A stretch of DNA of 64,000 nt from Spirochaetia bacterium (GCA_965225855.1 CBDDCK010000005.1:1024001-1088000), one strand, 5' to 3'; shown: positions 30,865 through 42,034, counted from the stretch's first letter. The notes: generated from the sequence alone by a model not told the origin. Translations and numbers: made by a program.

Positions 30865-33800
30865 CTAAGCTTCTAAGGAAATACCCAGACCTTGAATAAT
30901 TTGCTGTAGCCATATCTCATCGGGTTTATCAAAATAAATTCCACTTTTATTGGGCTGCATATCGTTAGCGATGCTGTTTGTTATGCCACGCAAAAACAAA
31001 TAGTAACAGCCGCCAAAATGTTGAGAATACTTAAAACTATCACCATATTGTAATTTCAAATAATAATAAACTGCAGCCAAATAAATTAAGTATTGCATTT
31101 GATAATGGTGCTTCGCCATAATTTCTTTGAGAGCTTCATCTCGATAAAGCTGTTGCTGCAATTGTTGCAAATTTACCTCGATCGTTTTGCGGTCCAATTC
31201 TTGGATTGCCGATTCCATTGGTAAAGAGCTGGCTGCTAAGTTGCTCTTCCAGTCGAGTAAATAGAGCTTGCCATCGTGTAAAAATAACAAGTCTATAAAA
31301 CCTTTCAAGAAACCTTTGGTAACTTGAATTTTGCTACCCGCTTGTTGTGCAAAAAGTAGGCTGTCTATAGCACAATCTTTTGGAACAGAAAATAAAAATT
31401 CCAGTTCGTGTTGACGCTGTTTTTTGGCAAGCTGACACAAACGTAATTGCGTTGATTGCTTTATTTCTGTTGGATTATTTTTTAATGTATTTTGATCGGT
31501 TATTGGGACGGGCGGTATAGTTAAGTCGCTGTGTAAGGTGTGCCAAATCATGCGGCATAAAGCTGGGTATGCTTGGCGTATCCAATTTCTAGGGAAATAA
31601 CGGCGACTTTTTAGGCTCAATTCTTTAAAAAAATCATTCTTAAAATGATTGTTATCCTGTTCTAGTAAATCATCGAGACTGCTTTGCTCAATCATCTGGT
31701 AATCCGCATTTTCTAATACGTCATGGAGTAGATTCCCCAAAGCAGCGCCGGGGCTCAATAATAGTTCATGCCAACACAATTCTTTTTGATTTGCTTGTGT
31801 TGCTTCTGAAAACAATTCTTCAATTGTTTGTTCGTCTTGCTCTTTTTGCTTTTTATCAAAACTGGAGAAATTTTCTTCCATACTCCCTTCTATGCTAAAG
31901 TTATGGCTTGTATTGAAAATTCCTTCCTTGGAAATCTGTTTTTGTAATGAAGTAAAACTATTTACAGCAGGAAAATGATGAGCTAAATTATCATTTTGTA
32001 ATTGGCATTCAGGTTTCTCTTCTGTATCTTCAGGGAATGTTGCAGCCGATAAAGATTGCAACCGCTTTTGCAATTGGCCTAAAAAATTTAGATTCTCCAG
32101 ATTCTTACCAGAGCTAACCAAATTTTTATTGGAACGCAGGCTAAAATTTTGGGGATGTTGCTCGATCAATTTTTCTACAGCTGCGCCTAAGTCTATAGTG
32201 AGATCGTCTGCTGCTTGCTTTCCGTATAGACTTTCTCCCAATAGTTTAAAGTATGGGAGCTTTTTTTTACAACTTGCATGAAGAGGCAGGTAAATTTTGC
32301 AAGAAGCTCGCGTCATTGCCACGTAAAATAATCGCTGCAATTCTTGATATTCTTCTTGAGCCGCAAATTGTTTGACTTGCGAATTTCCACTTAAATAGGC
32401 TGTTTGCTGATAGCAAATTGTTTGGCCTTGGTTTTCATTACTTGTTACATTTGTTTCTAAAATAATCATATCATTTTGGCTTTCATTCATACCAATGCTT
32501 AAAAATACCAATGGAAATTCTAAGCCTTTAGAGGCGTGAATGGTCATAATGTTTACAGCATTTTGACTACTATTTTGTTGCTCAAATTCGCTCAATTCTA
32601 TAGAACCTTTCATAGCTTGCTGAATTTCTGTTGCCATAAAACAGCTTAGCTCGCGGCAACTCATATTTTGCCGAATTTGTTGTTCTGCCAATATTTCGAG
32701 TAAATGGCGCAAATTGTTATACGATTCGCAGTTGTTTTGCCTCTCCCTTTCTCCTAAATGGGCTGCAGTTAAATCATTGGGAAAATTATTTTGTGTTTGC
32801 TGGTATTGTGGCTGGCTGAGAATCCGTTGGTAAACTTCTTGCTGTAATTCTTCCCGAAGCAATTCTGTTTTTCCATCAATTTTATAAATTGTTTGTAAGG
32901 CTTGATAAATTTTTTTGCCATAAGTAAAAAGCTCTTGCAACACATTGAGCAATTGCCCATTGGAGCCATGTTTTTTCCCTTGATCAATTTGTTCTTGCCA
33001 AAAAGATAATTGCTGAATAAATGTTAGAATAAATTGGCCATAACTTTTGTTTGAGCTATCTATATTAAACTGGGTTTCATTTGGTTTTGGAAGTTCCAGT
33101 AACAGCCTAGCTTCTGTAATGTTTAAGGCAAACAGAGGTGAAAGCAGCAACCGTAGGCTGTGGCTTAATTCATGAGGCTCACACAAAGCTTGAAAAAAAT
33201 AATGTAGAGCTTGGGCATAGTGGTTTCCAAAAATGCTGCGCTTTTCACTGTACGAAGTAGGAATGCCAAAATTTTGCAGCCGTTGTTGCATGTTAGCACA
33301 ATCTTTTTTGCGTTCTAGCAAAATAGCAATATCTTTGGGCCTTACAGCTTGGCTGGCAATTCGGTAATTTTGGCTCAATAGGCGCAGCACCTGCTCTTCG
33401 ATGGCATTCAGTGTAGTTTGCTGTAGCTCTGTTTTTGTCAAAGGTTGGGCAGTTTCAATCTCACTACGGCAGTCCAAAAAACATAATTCGCTACTTTGTT
33501 CTCCTCTACCATATTCATCATCTTTTGGGTTTTGCGATGGAATCACCAGCAGAGGCCGAGTACCTTCTTTTTCGCCTACGCTTACAGGAACAAAAATTTC
33601 CCCCCACATATTTGAGAAAAATTGGTTACAAGCACTAACCACCAAAGAATTGGAACGGTAGTTTGCACCTAAGCGAAAACAATAATCGCAGCCTTGCTGC
33701 ACAAAATAATACAGCTGGGGGCTCACCCCGCGAAAACGGTAGATACTTTGTTTTGGGTCGCCAACAATAATATAGTTGTGGCTCCGTTGTATTGGGTCAG

Positions 33801-35148
33801 CAGATTCTATTTGGCCTTGCCCAAAGATACAAAACAAAATCTGCCATTGAATTGGGTCGGTATCTTGAAATTCGTCAATTAAAGCGCAGCGGTATTGTTG
33901 GCGCAAATAGCGTAGCAAAGTAGGTGCATCGCCGTATTGCTTTAATACCAATACCCGATATAAACCCTCCACCATATCTGAAAAGCTGCGAATACCGTTG
34001 AGCATTGGGCTCATTTGTAATTGTGGTGCAATTCTTTGGCGTAGAAGCAGCAAAAACTTCGCTGCAAATAAGTTTTGCAGTGAGTGGGCATCTGCTTGAA
34101 AGCAAGAAGAAAAGGCTGTAAAAAATTGTTGGACCATCAAGGCTTTTTGGTAGTAGGGCCATTCTTCTATGCTACCATTGGCCTCTATAAACTTATCATT
34201 ATTTTGTTCCAAATATTCAGGGCGTAGGCAGCACAATAGCTCTATATAAGGTGCCAGAAATTCTCCCATTTTTTGGGGATGAGAGGGTTTTTCTAACAAT
34301 AACTTTAATATATTTTCCAATGCTAATGGTTTTTTGGTCAATTTTTGTGTTTTGAACCAATTTTTCAACTTGCCAAAAAACTGCAAAGCAATATTCCCAT
34401 CGTAGCTTTGCGGTAAATTTTTCAATTTTGTTATACTACTGCGGTTTGCAAAAATTTCTTTTGTCCAATCAAACAGGGCCAGCTCCAATAAAATTTGATA
34501 AACGGTTCCTTGCTGTTGCTTAAACTCATTACTAATCCGCTCTAATTGATTTAGTTCTGCTTTCCCAGGACAAAGGCGAAAATCGGGATGCTCGCGCCAA
34601 AAATTCTCCAAATTGGGGTTTTCACAAATATCTAGTAATTTTTGTAATTGAAACTGTTCATTCTTGCTTTTTTGGACTAGGCCAGCCAAATGCAATATTT
34701 TTCTGTCCTCTTGACTAAAATCAGATTTTTGTAATTCTTCCAGCAACAAATCTTGGATAAAACAAGTATGGCCCCCAATATCATCAGCTATACCGCTATG
34801 CGTGGTCTCTAATGTAAACTGCTCCAAACAACGGCGAAAAAAGCTGTGGATAGTGGAAATATTGGCTTCATTAAAATGATTCAGAGCCTGCAAAATATTA
34901 TGCTTTAAAGCCTGCTCTTCAATTTCTTTGAGCCTCAAGCTAAGACGATTCTGTATGCGTTGGCGCAACTCTGAAGCCGCTTTTTCGGTATAAGTAACCA
35001 GCAAAATATGCTGGATAGACAAACCATAATTTTCAATTAAACGGCAAACTATTCGTTCTAAAGTATAAGTTTTGCCTGTTCCTGCCGAGGCTTCAATATT
35101 TAAATTAGCCCGCAGTGGAGCTCTATCGAGAGAAAAATTGTTTGCCAT
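30865..35148 (-). CDS. recB: Exodeoxyribonuclease V beta subunit
   Basis: IEASAGTGKTY, LIDEFQDTDPIQW, VGDPKQSIYRFRG, MTIHASKGLEFP, YVAMTRA, and the nuclease motif GFIDLLF..LLDWKSN. Confidence 0.93.
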   Translation of the reverse strand: MANNFSLDRAPLRANLNIEASAGTGKTYTLERIVCRLIENYGLSIQHILLVTYTEKAASELRQRIQNRLSLRLKEIEEQALKHNILQALNHFNEANISTIHSFFRRCLEQFTLETTHSGIADDIGGHTCFIQDLLLEELQKSDFSQEDRKILHLAGLVQKSKNEQFQLQKLLDICENPNLENFWREHPDFRLCPGKAELNQLERISNEFKQQQGTVYQILLELALFDWTKEIFANRSSITKLKNLPQSYDGNIALQFFGKLKNWFKTQKLTKKPLALENILKLLLEKPSHPQKMGEFLAPYIELLCCLRPEYLEQNNDKFIEANGSIEEWPYYQKALMVQQFFTAFSSCFQADAHSLQNLFAAKFLLLLRQRIAPQLQMSPMLNGIRSFSDMVEGLYRVLVLKQYGDAPTLLRYLRQQYRCALIDEFQDTDPIQWQILFCIFGQGQIESADPIQRSHNYIIVGDPKQSIYRFRGVSPQLYYFVQQGCDYCFRLGANYRSNSLVVSACNQFFSNMWGEIFVPVSVGEKEGTRPLLVIPSQNPKDDEYGRGEQSSELCFLDCRSEIETAQPLTKTELQQTTLNAIEEQVLRLLSQNYRIASQAVRPKDIAILLERKKDCANMQQRLQNFGIPTSYSEKRSIFGNHYAQALHYFFQALCEPHELSHSLRLLLSPLFALNITEARLLLELPKPNETQFNIDSSNKSYGQFILTFIQQLSFWQEQIDQGKKHGSNGQLLNVLQELFTYGKKIYQALQTIYKIDGKTELLREELQQEVYQRILSQPQYQQTQNNFPNDLTAAHLGERERQNNCESYNNLRHLLEILAEQQIRQNMSCRELSCFMATEIQQAMKGSIELSEFEQQNSSQNAVNIMTIHASKGLEFPLVFLSIGMNESQNDMIILETNVTSNENQGQTICYQQTAYLSGNSQVKQFAAQEEYQELQRLFYVAMTRASCKIYLPLHASCKKKLPYFKLLGESLYGKQAADDLTIDLGAAVEKLIEQHPQNFSLRSNKNLVSSGKNLENLNFLGQLQKRLQSLSAATFPEDTEEKPECQLQNDNLAHHFPAVNSFTSLQKQISKEGIFNTSHNFSIEGSMEENFSSFDKKQKEQDEQTIEELFSEATQANQKELCWHELLLSPGAALGNLLHDVLENADYQMIEQSSLDDLLEQDNNHFKNDFFKELSLKSRRYFPRNWIRQAYPALCRMIWHTLHSDLTIPPVPITDQNTLKNNPTEIKQSTQLRLCQLAKKQRQHELEFLFSVPKDCAIDSLLFAQQAGSKIQVTKGFLKGFIDLLFLHDGKLYLLDWKSNLAASSLPMESAIQELDRKTIEVNLQQLQQQLYRDEALKEIMAKHHYQMQYLIYLAAVYYYLKLQYGDSFKYSQHFGGCYYLFLRGITNSIANDMQPNKSGIYFDKPDEIWLQQIIQGLGISLEA

Positions 35149-35429
35149 TACACCTTACTATTTTAGAATCTAAATTGGAGAGACTCACTATACAAGTTTT
35201 GTAATTTAAAGCAAAAATATACTTACCTAAATTTTAGAAAGATTGAATATAAGGATTTTTGGCATAGTTATTACAGCTTTAATAGTTTATATCATCAATT
35301 ATCGATCATAATCAAATAATTTTTTTCTTTTTGTTACAGTTTAATGAAACGCTTGCCGAAAAAATAAAAGCTGTTAAATCAGTCAAAAGCTTTTTGCTAC
35401 AAAAAATTGTATATTTGGAGGTGTAGCTC

Positions 35430-36020
35430 ATGGAGTTACGATTTCGTAGATCGATATTATTTTTAGGATTATTTGGCATATTTGCTAGTGCTAATTTATT
35501 TAGTCAAGAAGATGGAAGTAGTGTTGCTAAACAAGATTCTAACGAACATGTTACGTTAGTTCGTACATATAATATTCGTAAAATTTATTCTCACCGCTTA
35601 GGTTATCGCATAGATATTTTTGATTATCAAGGCAAAGTTCGTACGATTTATGCTAAAGCTTCTTGGTTTACCAATCCTGAACAGCGCAATTCTGATTTAG
35701 ATACTTTTGAATTAGCTGCCAGCATGAAGTATTTGCCAGCTTTTTTGAGGGCTAATCTGCCGCCTAATTATCTCACTTTAAGATATGAAGGTGGTAAATT
35801 AGTTTCTATGGTTATTTATGTAGATGAGGCTAATTATTCAGATAGTAGTCTTTGGGCTCGTATGCCAGTCGATAAAAATCTGGATAGTAAGTTTGATGTT
35901 AAAACGGTTGTCTTCTCCGATCGTCCTGGCCCTCCTACTGCTGGAGCTATCCCAGAAAAGAAAGAGTCGCAAGCTGAAACGAAATCTGAGAAAGACTCTG
36001 AAGAGCCTAATGGAGCCTAA
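35430..36020 (+). CDS. Hypothetical exported protein (spirochaete-type)
   Basis: GGAGG RBS; signal peptide ending NLFS-Q; 196 aa. Confidence 0.7.
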   Translation: MELRFRRSILFLGLFGIFASANLFSQEDGSSVAKQDSNEHVTLVRTYNIRKIYSHRLGYRIDIFDYQGKVRTIYAKASWFTNPEQRNSDLDTFELAASMKYLPAFLRANLPPNYLTLRYEGGKLVSMVIYVDEANYSDSSLWARMPVDKNLDSKFDVKTVVFSDRPGPPTAGAIPEKKESQAETKSEKDSEEPNGA

Positions 36021-36140
36021 GTTTTTTTCTTTTAAAAATGTATGAAGAGAGACAGGTATATAAAGAAATTGGTCCTATTTTTTCGTTTATGCCTGTTTTT
36101 TCATTTATTAGGCTTGTATTTTTGAGATTTAAATCTCAAT

Positions 36141-37313
36141 TTGTTTACCTTACCTATGGTAATAGAACGACCTAACGAATCTATCAATGGTTTGAAAAAA
36201 ATACCTTTTTGTGTTTTGGAAGCATTTTACCACTACGAACACTTTATTATTCTTGGGCATCAAAAACCTGATGCTGATTGCCTAACATCGCAATTGGCAC
36301 TTTGTCTGGCTCTTAGAAATTTAGGTAAAAGTGTTCAGCTCGTTTCTGCCGGGCCGTTTCTCCGTCCAGAAATTCAAAGCTTAGTCCATGAGTTCGATTC
36401 CGAGTTGGATCAAAGTGAGATTGCCAAATTTAGTTTGTCTAAAACTTTAGCTGTGGTTTTAGATTGTAGTACTGTAGAGCGTACCGGATTTAACAAAGAG
36501 AAAGATTTAGCCGGTTTGTCTACTTTAGTTATCGATCATCATTCTTCTGGCAAGATTGATGGCGATTTCCAATATTTTGATCCAGCTTCGCCTTCTACCA
36601 GTATTTTAATACAAAATATTTTACAACAGTTATCGTTATTTTTATTTCAGATTGAGCCCCAACATTATTCTTATTTTCTAGAGAATAAAAAGTTAATAAA
36701 TCAAAAAATTATGAATCTGTTATTTCTTGGTTTTGCCACGGACACAGGTTTCTTTCGATTTTTAAAACCTGAAAACGGTGGTGATATGTTGCGTTTAGTT
36801 TCAACTTTAGTCGATAGTGGGATTAATTTGCAAGATATTTACCAGCAAATGACAGGTAGCCATTTGGTGCCTACTCGGCGGCTGCTAGGTTTGCTATTAT
36901 TGCGAGCTGGTTTTCTACTTAACGCTAAGCTTTGTATCAGCTATAGTTTACTCGAAGATAAAGCATTTTGGCATGCAGAAAGCAACGATAGCGATAGTTT
37001 TTATGCTTTATCTTTAGCTACGCAAAATTGTGAAGTGATTGCCTTGTTAGATGAAGCAGAAGAAGGACGCTGGAATATAGGTTTGCGTTCTTTAACACAG
37101 CATAATGTTGGTACCATTGCCAGTAAATTGGGCGGTGGTGGGCATCAAAATGCTGCTGGTTTTAGGCTGGAAAACTGTAGCTTAAATGACGCTTTACACC
37201 AGATACTCAAAGAACTTACGAAACTCTGGGAGTCAGAAATAAAATCAAATGATCTCGTAGAAATCAACGAATATATCGAATCTGTGCCAAAGTATTTGAT
37301 AAAAAAGCAATAA
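36141..37313 (+). CDS. nrnA: DHH/DHHA1 phosphoesterase (NrnA/DhhP-like)
   Basis: GHQKPDADC, LDCS, IDHH, TDTGFFRF, GGGGHQNAAG. Confidence 0.85.
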   Translation: MFTLPMVIERPNESINGLKKIPFCVLEAFYHYEHFIILGHQKPDADCLTSQLALCLALRNLGKSVQLVSAGPFLRPEIQSLVHEFDSELDQSEIAKFSLSKTLAVVLDCSTVERTGFNKEKDLAGLSTLVIDHHSSGKIDGDFQYFDPASPSTSILIQNILQQLSLFLFQIEPQHYSYFLENKKLINQKIMNLLFLGFATDTGFFRFLKPENGGDMLRLVSTLVDSGINLQDIYQQMTGSHLVPTRRLLGLLLLRAGFLLNAKLCISYSLLEDKAFWHAESNDSDSFYALSLATQNCEVIALLDEAEEGRWNIGLRSLTQHNVGTIASKLGGGGHQNAAGFRLENCSLNDALHQILKELTKLWESEIKSNDLVEINEYIESVPKYLIKKQ

Positions 37314-37326
37314 AGATATTAAACAA

Positions 37327-38094
37327 TTAGTCTGAAATCGAAGTTCTAAGCTTCCAAGTTAGTTTGACCGAACCAATTACATAATAAATTGCATATCCGA
37401 TGGAAAGTAGCATAAACCACCTTGGCAAAGGTTCATAATCAAAAAAAGTAGCCAGTAAAGCCAATAACCAAACACCTGTGATGATAATATTTGCTTTTTT
37501 CCACATCCTAGTGCGAGTCGGATAGATACATTTTATCGGCATAAAAGATAAAACAGCAAAAATAGTCAGTATCACTGTATTAAAAACTTTACCTGTACTG
37601 CCAAAAACTAAGAAATAGATCAGCAATATCCAAGCAGAAGGAAAACCACGAAAAAAATAATCTTGATCTGAAGACCCTAAAAACCCTTTTTTTGCACTAT
37701 CAATATTGGATTTCGCATCGCTGCGACAGAATTGATAAGTTGAAGCAATACAGATTAGACTGATAACCGCAATACCATAAATATTATGTGGTACCAATTG
37801 AGCCTCCCATACGATAAATGCGGGAATGATAGACCAAACTAAAAAATCAATAATATTATCGAGCAAACTGCCATCAATTTCGGAGAGCACTTTTTTGACC
37901 TGAACCCACCGAGCTAAGAGGCCATCAAATGCATCGACAAGGACGGCTATAACTAACAACAAATAAGCTTTATACCAGTTGTGCTCTGCAATGTATGTAA
38001 GAGAAAAAACGGCAAAGACAGCACCACTAGCAGTAAATAGGTGAACGATATAGGCAAGAGTTTTTTGTAGAGCAGAATAAGATATCAAAGCCAA
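37327..38094 (-). CDS. pcs: Phosphatidylcholine synthase (CDP-alcohol phosphatidyltransferase)
   Basis: VHLFTASGA, DAFDGLLAR, DGSLLDNIIDF, FFRGFPSAW, IYPTR. Confidence 0.85.
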   Translation of the reverse strand: MALISYSALQKTLAYIVHLFTASGAVFAVFSLTYIAEHNWYKAYLLLVIAVLVDAFDGLLARWVQVKKVLSEIDGSLLDNIIDFLVWSIIPAFIVWEAQLVPHNIYGIAVISLICIASTYQFCRSDAKSNIDSAKKGFLGSSDQDYFFRGFPSAWILLIYFLVFGSTGKVFNTVILTIFAVLSFMPIKCIYPTRTRMWKKANIIITGVWLLALLATFFDYEPLPRWFMLLSIGYAIYYVIGSVKLTWKLRTSISD

Positions 38095-38100
38095 ATCTCC

Positions 38101-38841
38101 TTAATTTGTTGATGTCGGATTTTTTTTGATATATTGAAACAATACACGGCCCCGAATTTGTTCAATACCTATCGCACCCCAGTAGGAAGAGTCATTGCCG
38201 ATATTTCGATTATCGGACAATACAAAATATTCACCCTGACGCAATGTAACTTTTTCGGTATTACCCAGTAATGGCAAATTCTTAGGCCAGTTCCGAGTAT
38301 TTTGCCCACCAGAAAGTATGATATAATTGTTATCAATCAGCTCAAATTCGGAAGTAAAGTATTGCATATTATTGTCACTAGGTTGAATCTGTGCAATATG
38401 GTTGGCCATGTAAATTGTATCACCGGGTATACCAATTACTCTGCGTACCATATATGGATTTTTGCCTAAATGCTTCATTTGGTTTAAATCGGCAATATTT
38501 AAAGTGATAAAGCGGTATAGTGTATTGAGCCAATGCATTGCTATAGACAAAGGCTTATGGTAGGGTGCCGCCAATACTACAATTGTTCCGCGCGGGATTT
38601 TGCGATGAAAAGGGAGTACACTATTGGGCATACCAATAGAACTATAAAATAGATAACTATTTTGATTAATATTGGGCTCCATAGAAATACTTCGGACTTT
38701 TAGGGGCACAAGAATACTATAAAAAAACAGATGTAGCATGTAGATACTAAAAATCACAATCACCAGCGGAATTTTGCGGTTGTTGTGGTTGAGAAAATTA
38801 TTTTTGTTGTTTTTAGTAGACATCGGCAAATCTTGCATCAA
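38101..38841 (-). CDS. lepB: Signal peptidase I homolog
   Basis: SISMEP, VRRVIGIPGD, YFVLSDNRNIGNDSSYWG. Confidence 0.8.
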   Translation of the reverse strand: MMQDLPMSTKNNKNNFLNHNNRKIPLVIVIFSIYMLHLFFYSILVPLKVRSISMEPNINQNSYLFYSSIGMPNSVLPFHRKIPRGTIVVLAAPYHKPLSIAMHWLNTLYRFITLNIADLNQMKHLGKNPYMVRRVIGIPGDTIYMANHIAQIQPSDNNMQYFTSEFELIDNNYIILSGGQNTRNWPKNLPLLGNTEKVTLRQGEYFVLSDNRNIGNDSSYWGAIGIEQIRGRVLFQYIKKNPTSTN

Positions 38842-38850
38842 AATAATTCA

Positions 38851-39906
38851 TTATTGAATCGTTTTTTTATCGTGGCGCGCCACGAAGTTTTGTGGTTCTA
38901 AACTACGAAAGCGGCTAAAAGGGGCCACAATATAGGTCAATCGGCCTTGTAAATCATCTTTATTGAGTATGCCAAACCACCTGCCATCATGCGAATGATC
39001 GCGATTGTCTCCAAATGGCTCAAAGTAAGCTGCTGGAATTGCATCACCTAAGCGGTCTGCGATAAAGCGGCTGCGAATCGCAACATCGTGGGGGCTACTT
39101 AAATATGCATTGCGCACACGCTGCTCGTAAGAGCGATCCATGTTATAATAGTTGGTCTGATTAAATAATTTCATATTGCGTTGGGTTTCATAATGTAAGC
39201 TCAATTCTTTTTTTATGAATTTTTCACTGGAAAATTTTTTAGTTCCTGCCAAACGTATTTCTGGATAACCAGAAACGAAGCGCACCCTGTCTCCGCCAAC
39301 GGCAATAACACGCTTAACCAGCAACGGAGGTTGATAATTGTTGAAAGTGTATTGGTAATTTGGTTGTGAACTGGGGGCATAAAGCATTGGCTGGGAAGCT
39401 AGCCTCACCGGAGGCTTAGGACTGTTTTCGTATGCTTTTAGGTCTAAATCCAACTTAGCAAATGTCAATAAAAAAACAACACGCTGGGCAATTAAAAACA
39501 GAGTATTAGGCCTACGATATTCAGGGGATATAAAGGGAATCACTGTCCCGCGCACTACCTTTTTTTGCGAAAAAAATTTACGAGCAAAAGGGTAGGGTTC
39601 TAAACCATAAGCCAATTTGTTGACAATAACGCGATCTTGTACTAACAAAGTGGGAACCATAGAACTTGAAGGAATCACGAATAATTGAAGCAAATATTGG
39701 TTGATAAGCAATACCGAAAGCAAAACCACCAACAAGACTTCAATCCAATCGCGCAATGCTGATATGCGTTGCTGGCGCAATTTTTGCCGGTATGTTTGGT
39801 AGCGGACAAAATTAATTAGTGCTTCTGTACTGCGCACCAAATATTTAGAAATAGAACTCATGTTCATGAAACAAAGTAATATAGCAAATTGGCTTTGTTT
39901 AGACAA
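38851..39906 (-). CDS. lepB: Signal peptidase I
   Basis: IPSSSMVPTL, LVKRVIAVGGD, GDNRDHSHDGRWFG. Confidence 0.88.
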   Translation of the reverse strand: MSKQSQFAILLCFMNMSSISKYLVRSTEALINFVRYQTYRQKLRQQRISALRDWIEVLLVVLLSVLLINQYLLQLFVIPSSSMVPTLLVQDRVIVNKLAYGLEPYPFARKFFSQKKVVRGTVIPFISPEYRRPNTLFLIAQRVVFLLTFAKLDLDLKAYENSPKPPVRLASQPMLYAPSSQPNYQYTFNNYQPPLLVKRVIAVGGDRVRFVSGYPEIRLAGTKKFSSEKFIKKELSLHYETQRNMKLFNQTNYYNMDRSYEQRVRNAYLSSPHDVAIRSRFIADRLGDAIPAAYFEPFGDNRDHSHDGRWFGILNKDDLQGRLTYIVAPFSRFRSLEPQNFVARHDKKTIQ

Positions 39907-40041
39907 TAAAATAAGCTCTACTATTGGAAAGCTTATTTCAGTAGACTTACACTAATAGGCTTGTAATAACTGGTTAACAATATTATTGTGCTTATATAAC
40001 CGGCCTAAATTTTTTGAAAATCGATATTTAAGGAATCTTTC

Positions 40042-40857
40042 ATGAACATGGCAATCGATCTGATAAATGGGCAAAGTCGCCATTTAATTTCCTGGAATGT
40101 CAATGGTATCCGAGCTATCCATAATAAGGGCTTACTCTCTCCATTGTTTGCAGGATCGTGGGATATTATTGCTCTGCAAGAGACAAAGGCCCAAGAATTG
40201 GATGAGGAATTGGCCCAGCAGCCCGGGTATCAATCTTTTTGGTCTAGTGCCAAGCGCAAAGGTTATAGTGGCACGGCTCTGTTTATTAAAGATGACTTAA
40301 AACCGAACCGCATTTTGTGTATGGAAAATATTATTGGCAAAAATGAATTTGATAGTGAAGGCCGAACCTTGATTGCCGATTTTGGCCATTTTGTTTTGCT
40401 GAATTGTTATTTTCCCAACTCACAGGAAAAGGGTAAACGGCTGGATTATAAAATGGCTTTTAACCATGCGATACATTGCTGCTGTAATGAATTGAGCGAA
40501 AACCATAAGCGTCCGGTATTGCTTTGTGGTGATTATAATGTTGCAGTGCGCGAAATTGATTTAGCTCGGCCCGATGAGAATCATGATTCACCGGGCTTTT
40601 TGCCACAGGAGCGCGAATGGATGGAATATTTTTTAGCTAGCGGTTATAGTGATAGCTTTCGTCATTTTTATCCTGAACAAACAGGGGCTTATAGCTGGTG
40701 GTCCTACCGCACGCGAGCACGCGAGCGCAATGTGGGCTGGCGGATTGATTATTTTTGCATCAATCAGCCATTTTTGCATTGCCTTAAAGACGCGGCTGTT
40801 CTTGACCAAGCGATGGGTAGTGACCATTGCCCGGTTTGCATTACTGCCGAGCTGTAA
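40042..40857 (+). CDS. xth: Exodeoxyribonuclease III
   Basis: SWNVNGIRA, LQETK, GYSG, DSEGR, GDYN, YSWWSYR, GWRIDYF, SDHCP. Confidence 0.95.
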   Translation: MNMAIDLINGQSRHLISWNVNGIRAIHNKGLLSPLFAGSWDIIALQETKAQELDEELAQQPGYQSFWSSAKRKGYSGTALFIKDDLKPNRILCMENIIGKNEFDSEGRTLIADFGHFVLLNCYFPNSQEKGKRLDYKMAFNHAIHCCCNELSENHKRPVLLCGDYNVAVREIDLARPDENHDSPGFLPQEREWMEYFLASGYSDSFRHFYPEQTGAYSWWSYRTRARERNVGWRIDYFCINQPFLHCLKDAAVLDQAMGSDHCPVCITAEL

Positions 40858-40875
40858 AAATCCAAGTTAAAAATT

Positions 40876-42034
40876 ATGGTGAAAAGTGGCGAGAATATTT
40901 TGGGTAAAACTATTTAAAAAAGCTGCTTTGGCCCATTTGGATTCTACTGTTTTTTCTTATACAAATATTTATTTCCAAACTATTTATGCTCAGAGTGTCC
41001 CTATTTGAAAAAATATACTATTACCAAAATTTATTTTAAGGGCGGAGCAGGATTAAATCGCTATTATATATTTTCTTTTTTAGGGTTTGAAGAAGGTAAT
41101 ACTTTTATCCCAAGTTACCCCAAGCGAGCTAAACCAAAAACTCAAAGATAGTCGCTGGCTTTTGCGTAGCCAATGGTATTGGTATTTTCGGTATTTTCAA
41201 GCAGATTTTGAAACGCGTTAGTATCCTGAAGGCCGAGTAGAAATTTTTGTGCTACTAGAGTCTAGCTCTAAACGTTTCGGTTCTAAGTCCGATGAACATT
41301 CGTTTCTCTGGTTTCACCGGCAGACGCAATCCCTTGCAGTGCATTTCGCTTCCAAGTGGGCAAAATTACCAGGCCTATCTTGGTATTTTCCGCGCATTGA
41401 TAATAGCTTTTTTGGTACAAATATTGTGATAGTGGAAGTCCAAACCCAAAAATTTTTAGAACGTTTCAACTTAGATGAGTTGGGGCTTACGGTATTTTGG
41501 CTGCGTGGTGGTGCCGAAGAATTTATCCAAACAAGCCCAGTGGTTAAGTTGGGCCTTTCCCAAAAATATTGGTTGATTTTGGACTTAGATGGTTTTGGTT
41601 TGATTTTTGATTTTATTATTGGGGCTTTTGTCGATTTAGATGGATTGTATTTATTGAAGAGCCGACTTTGGGCTATGAAATTTGGGTTGCAATTTGATGT
41701 TGGGGTTATTGCTGGTTTATTTTTGTTACAAAGCAAATATAGGCTGTTACTGCGCCCCAGCCCTTGGTTGGAACTCTCTTTATTGAGCAACATTATAAGT
41801 AGCTTAAATATTGGAAGTCTTAACTCTGAAATATCTAGTATAAACTTAGAGGATAATGATGTAGATTTTTATGCCTTAGGCCGTTTTAGAACCACTTCTC
41901 AACTTTCGCAAAACGATTATGACAACCGCACCGAATTTAATGTTGGGTTGGAAGGTAAATTGGGCCTTTCTGCTGGTTTGTTCAATAATTCAAGTTTATC
42001 TTTGAGTTTCTCCGCTTTTTTAGCAACATTGTAA
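40876..42034 (+). pseudogene. Degraded outer-membrane (POTRA/beta-barrel-like) protein gene, truncated by the cas cassette
   Basis: Broken frames at 41000-41250 read KYTITKILFKG and FSFLGFEEGNTF (POTRA-like). ORF 41249..42034 has alternating beta-strand patterns and its 3' end overlaps the cas gene. Confidence 0.4.

Noticed and set aside
21553..35148. Split recC and recB without recD as a novel defence module
   Set aside because: Both look like ordinary RecBCD subunits among housekeeping genes, and recD may simply lie elsewhere.
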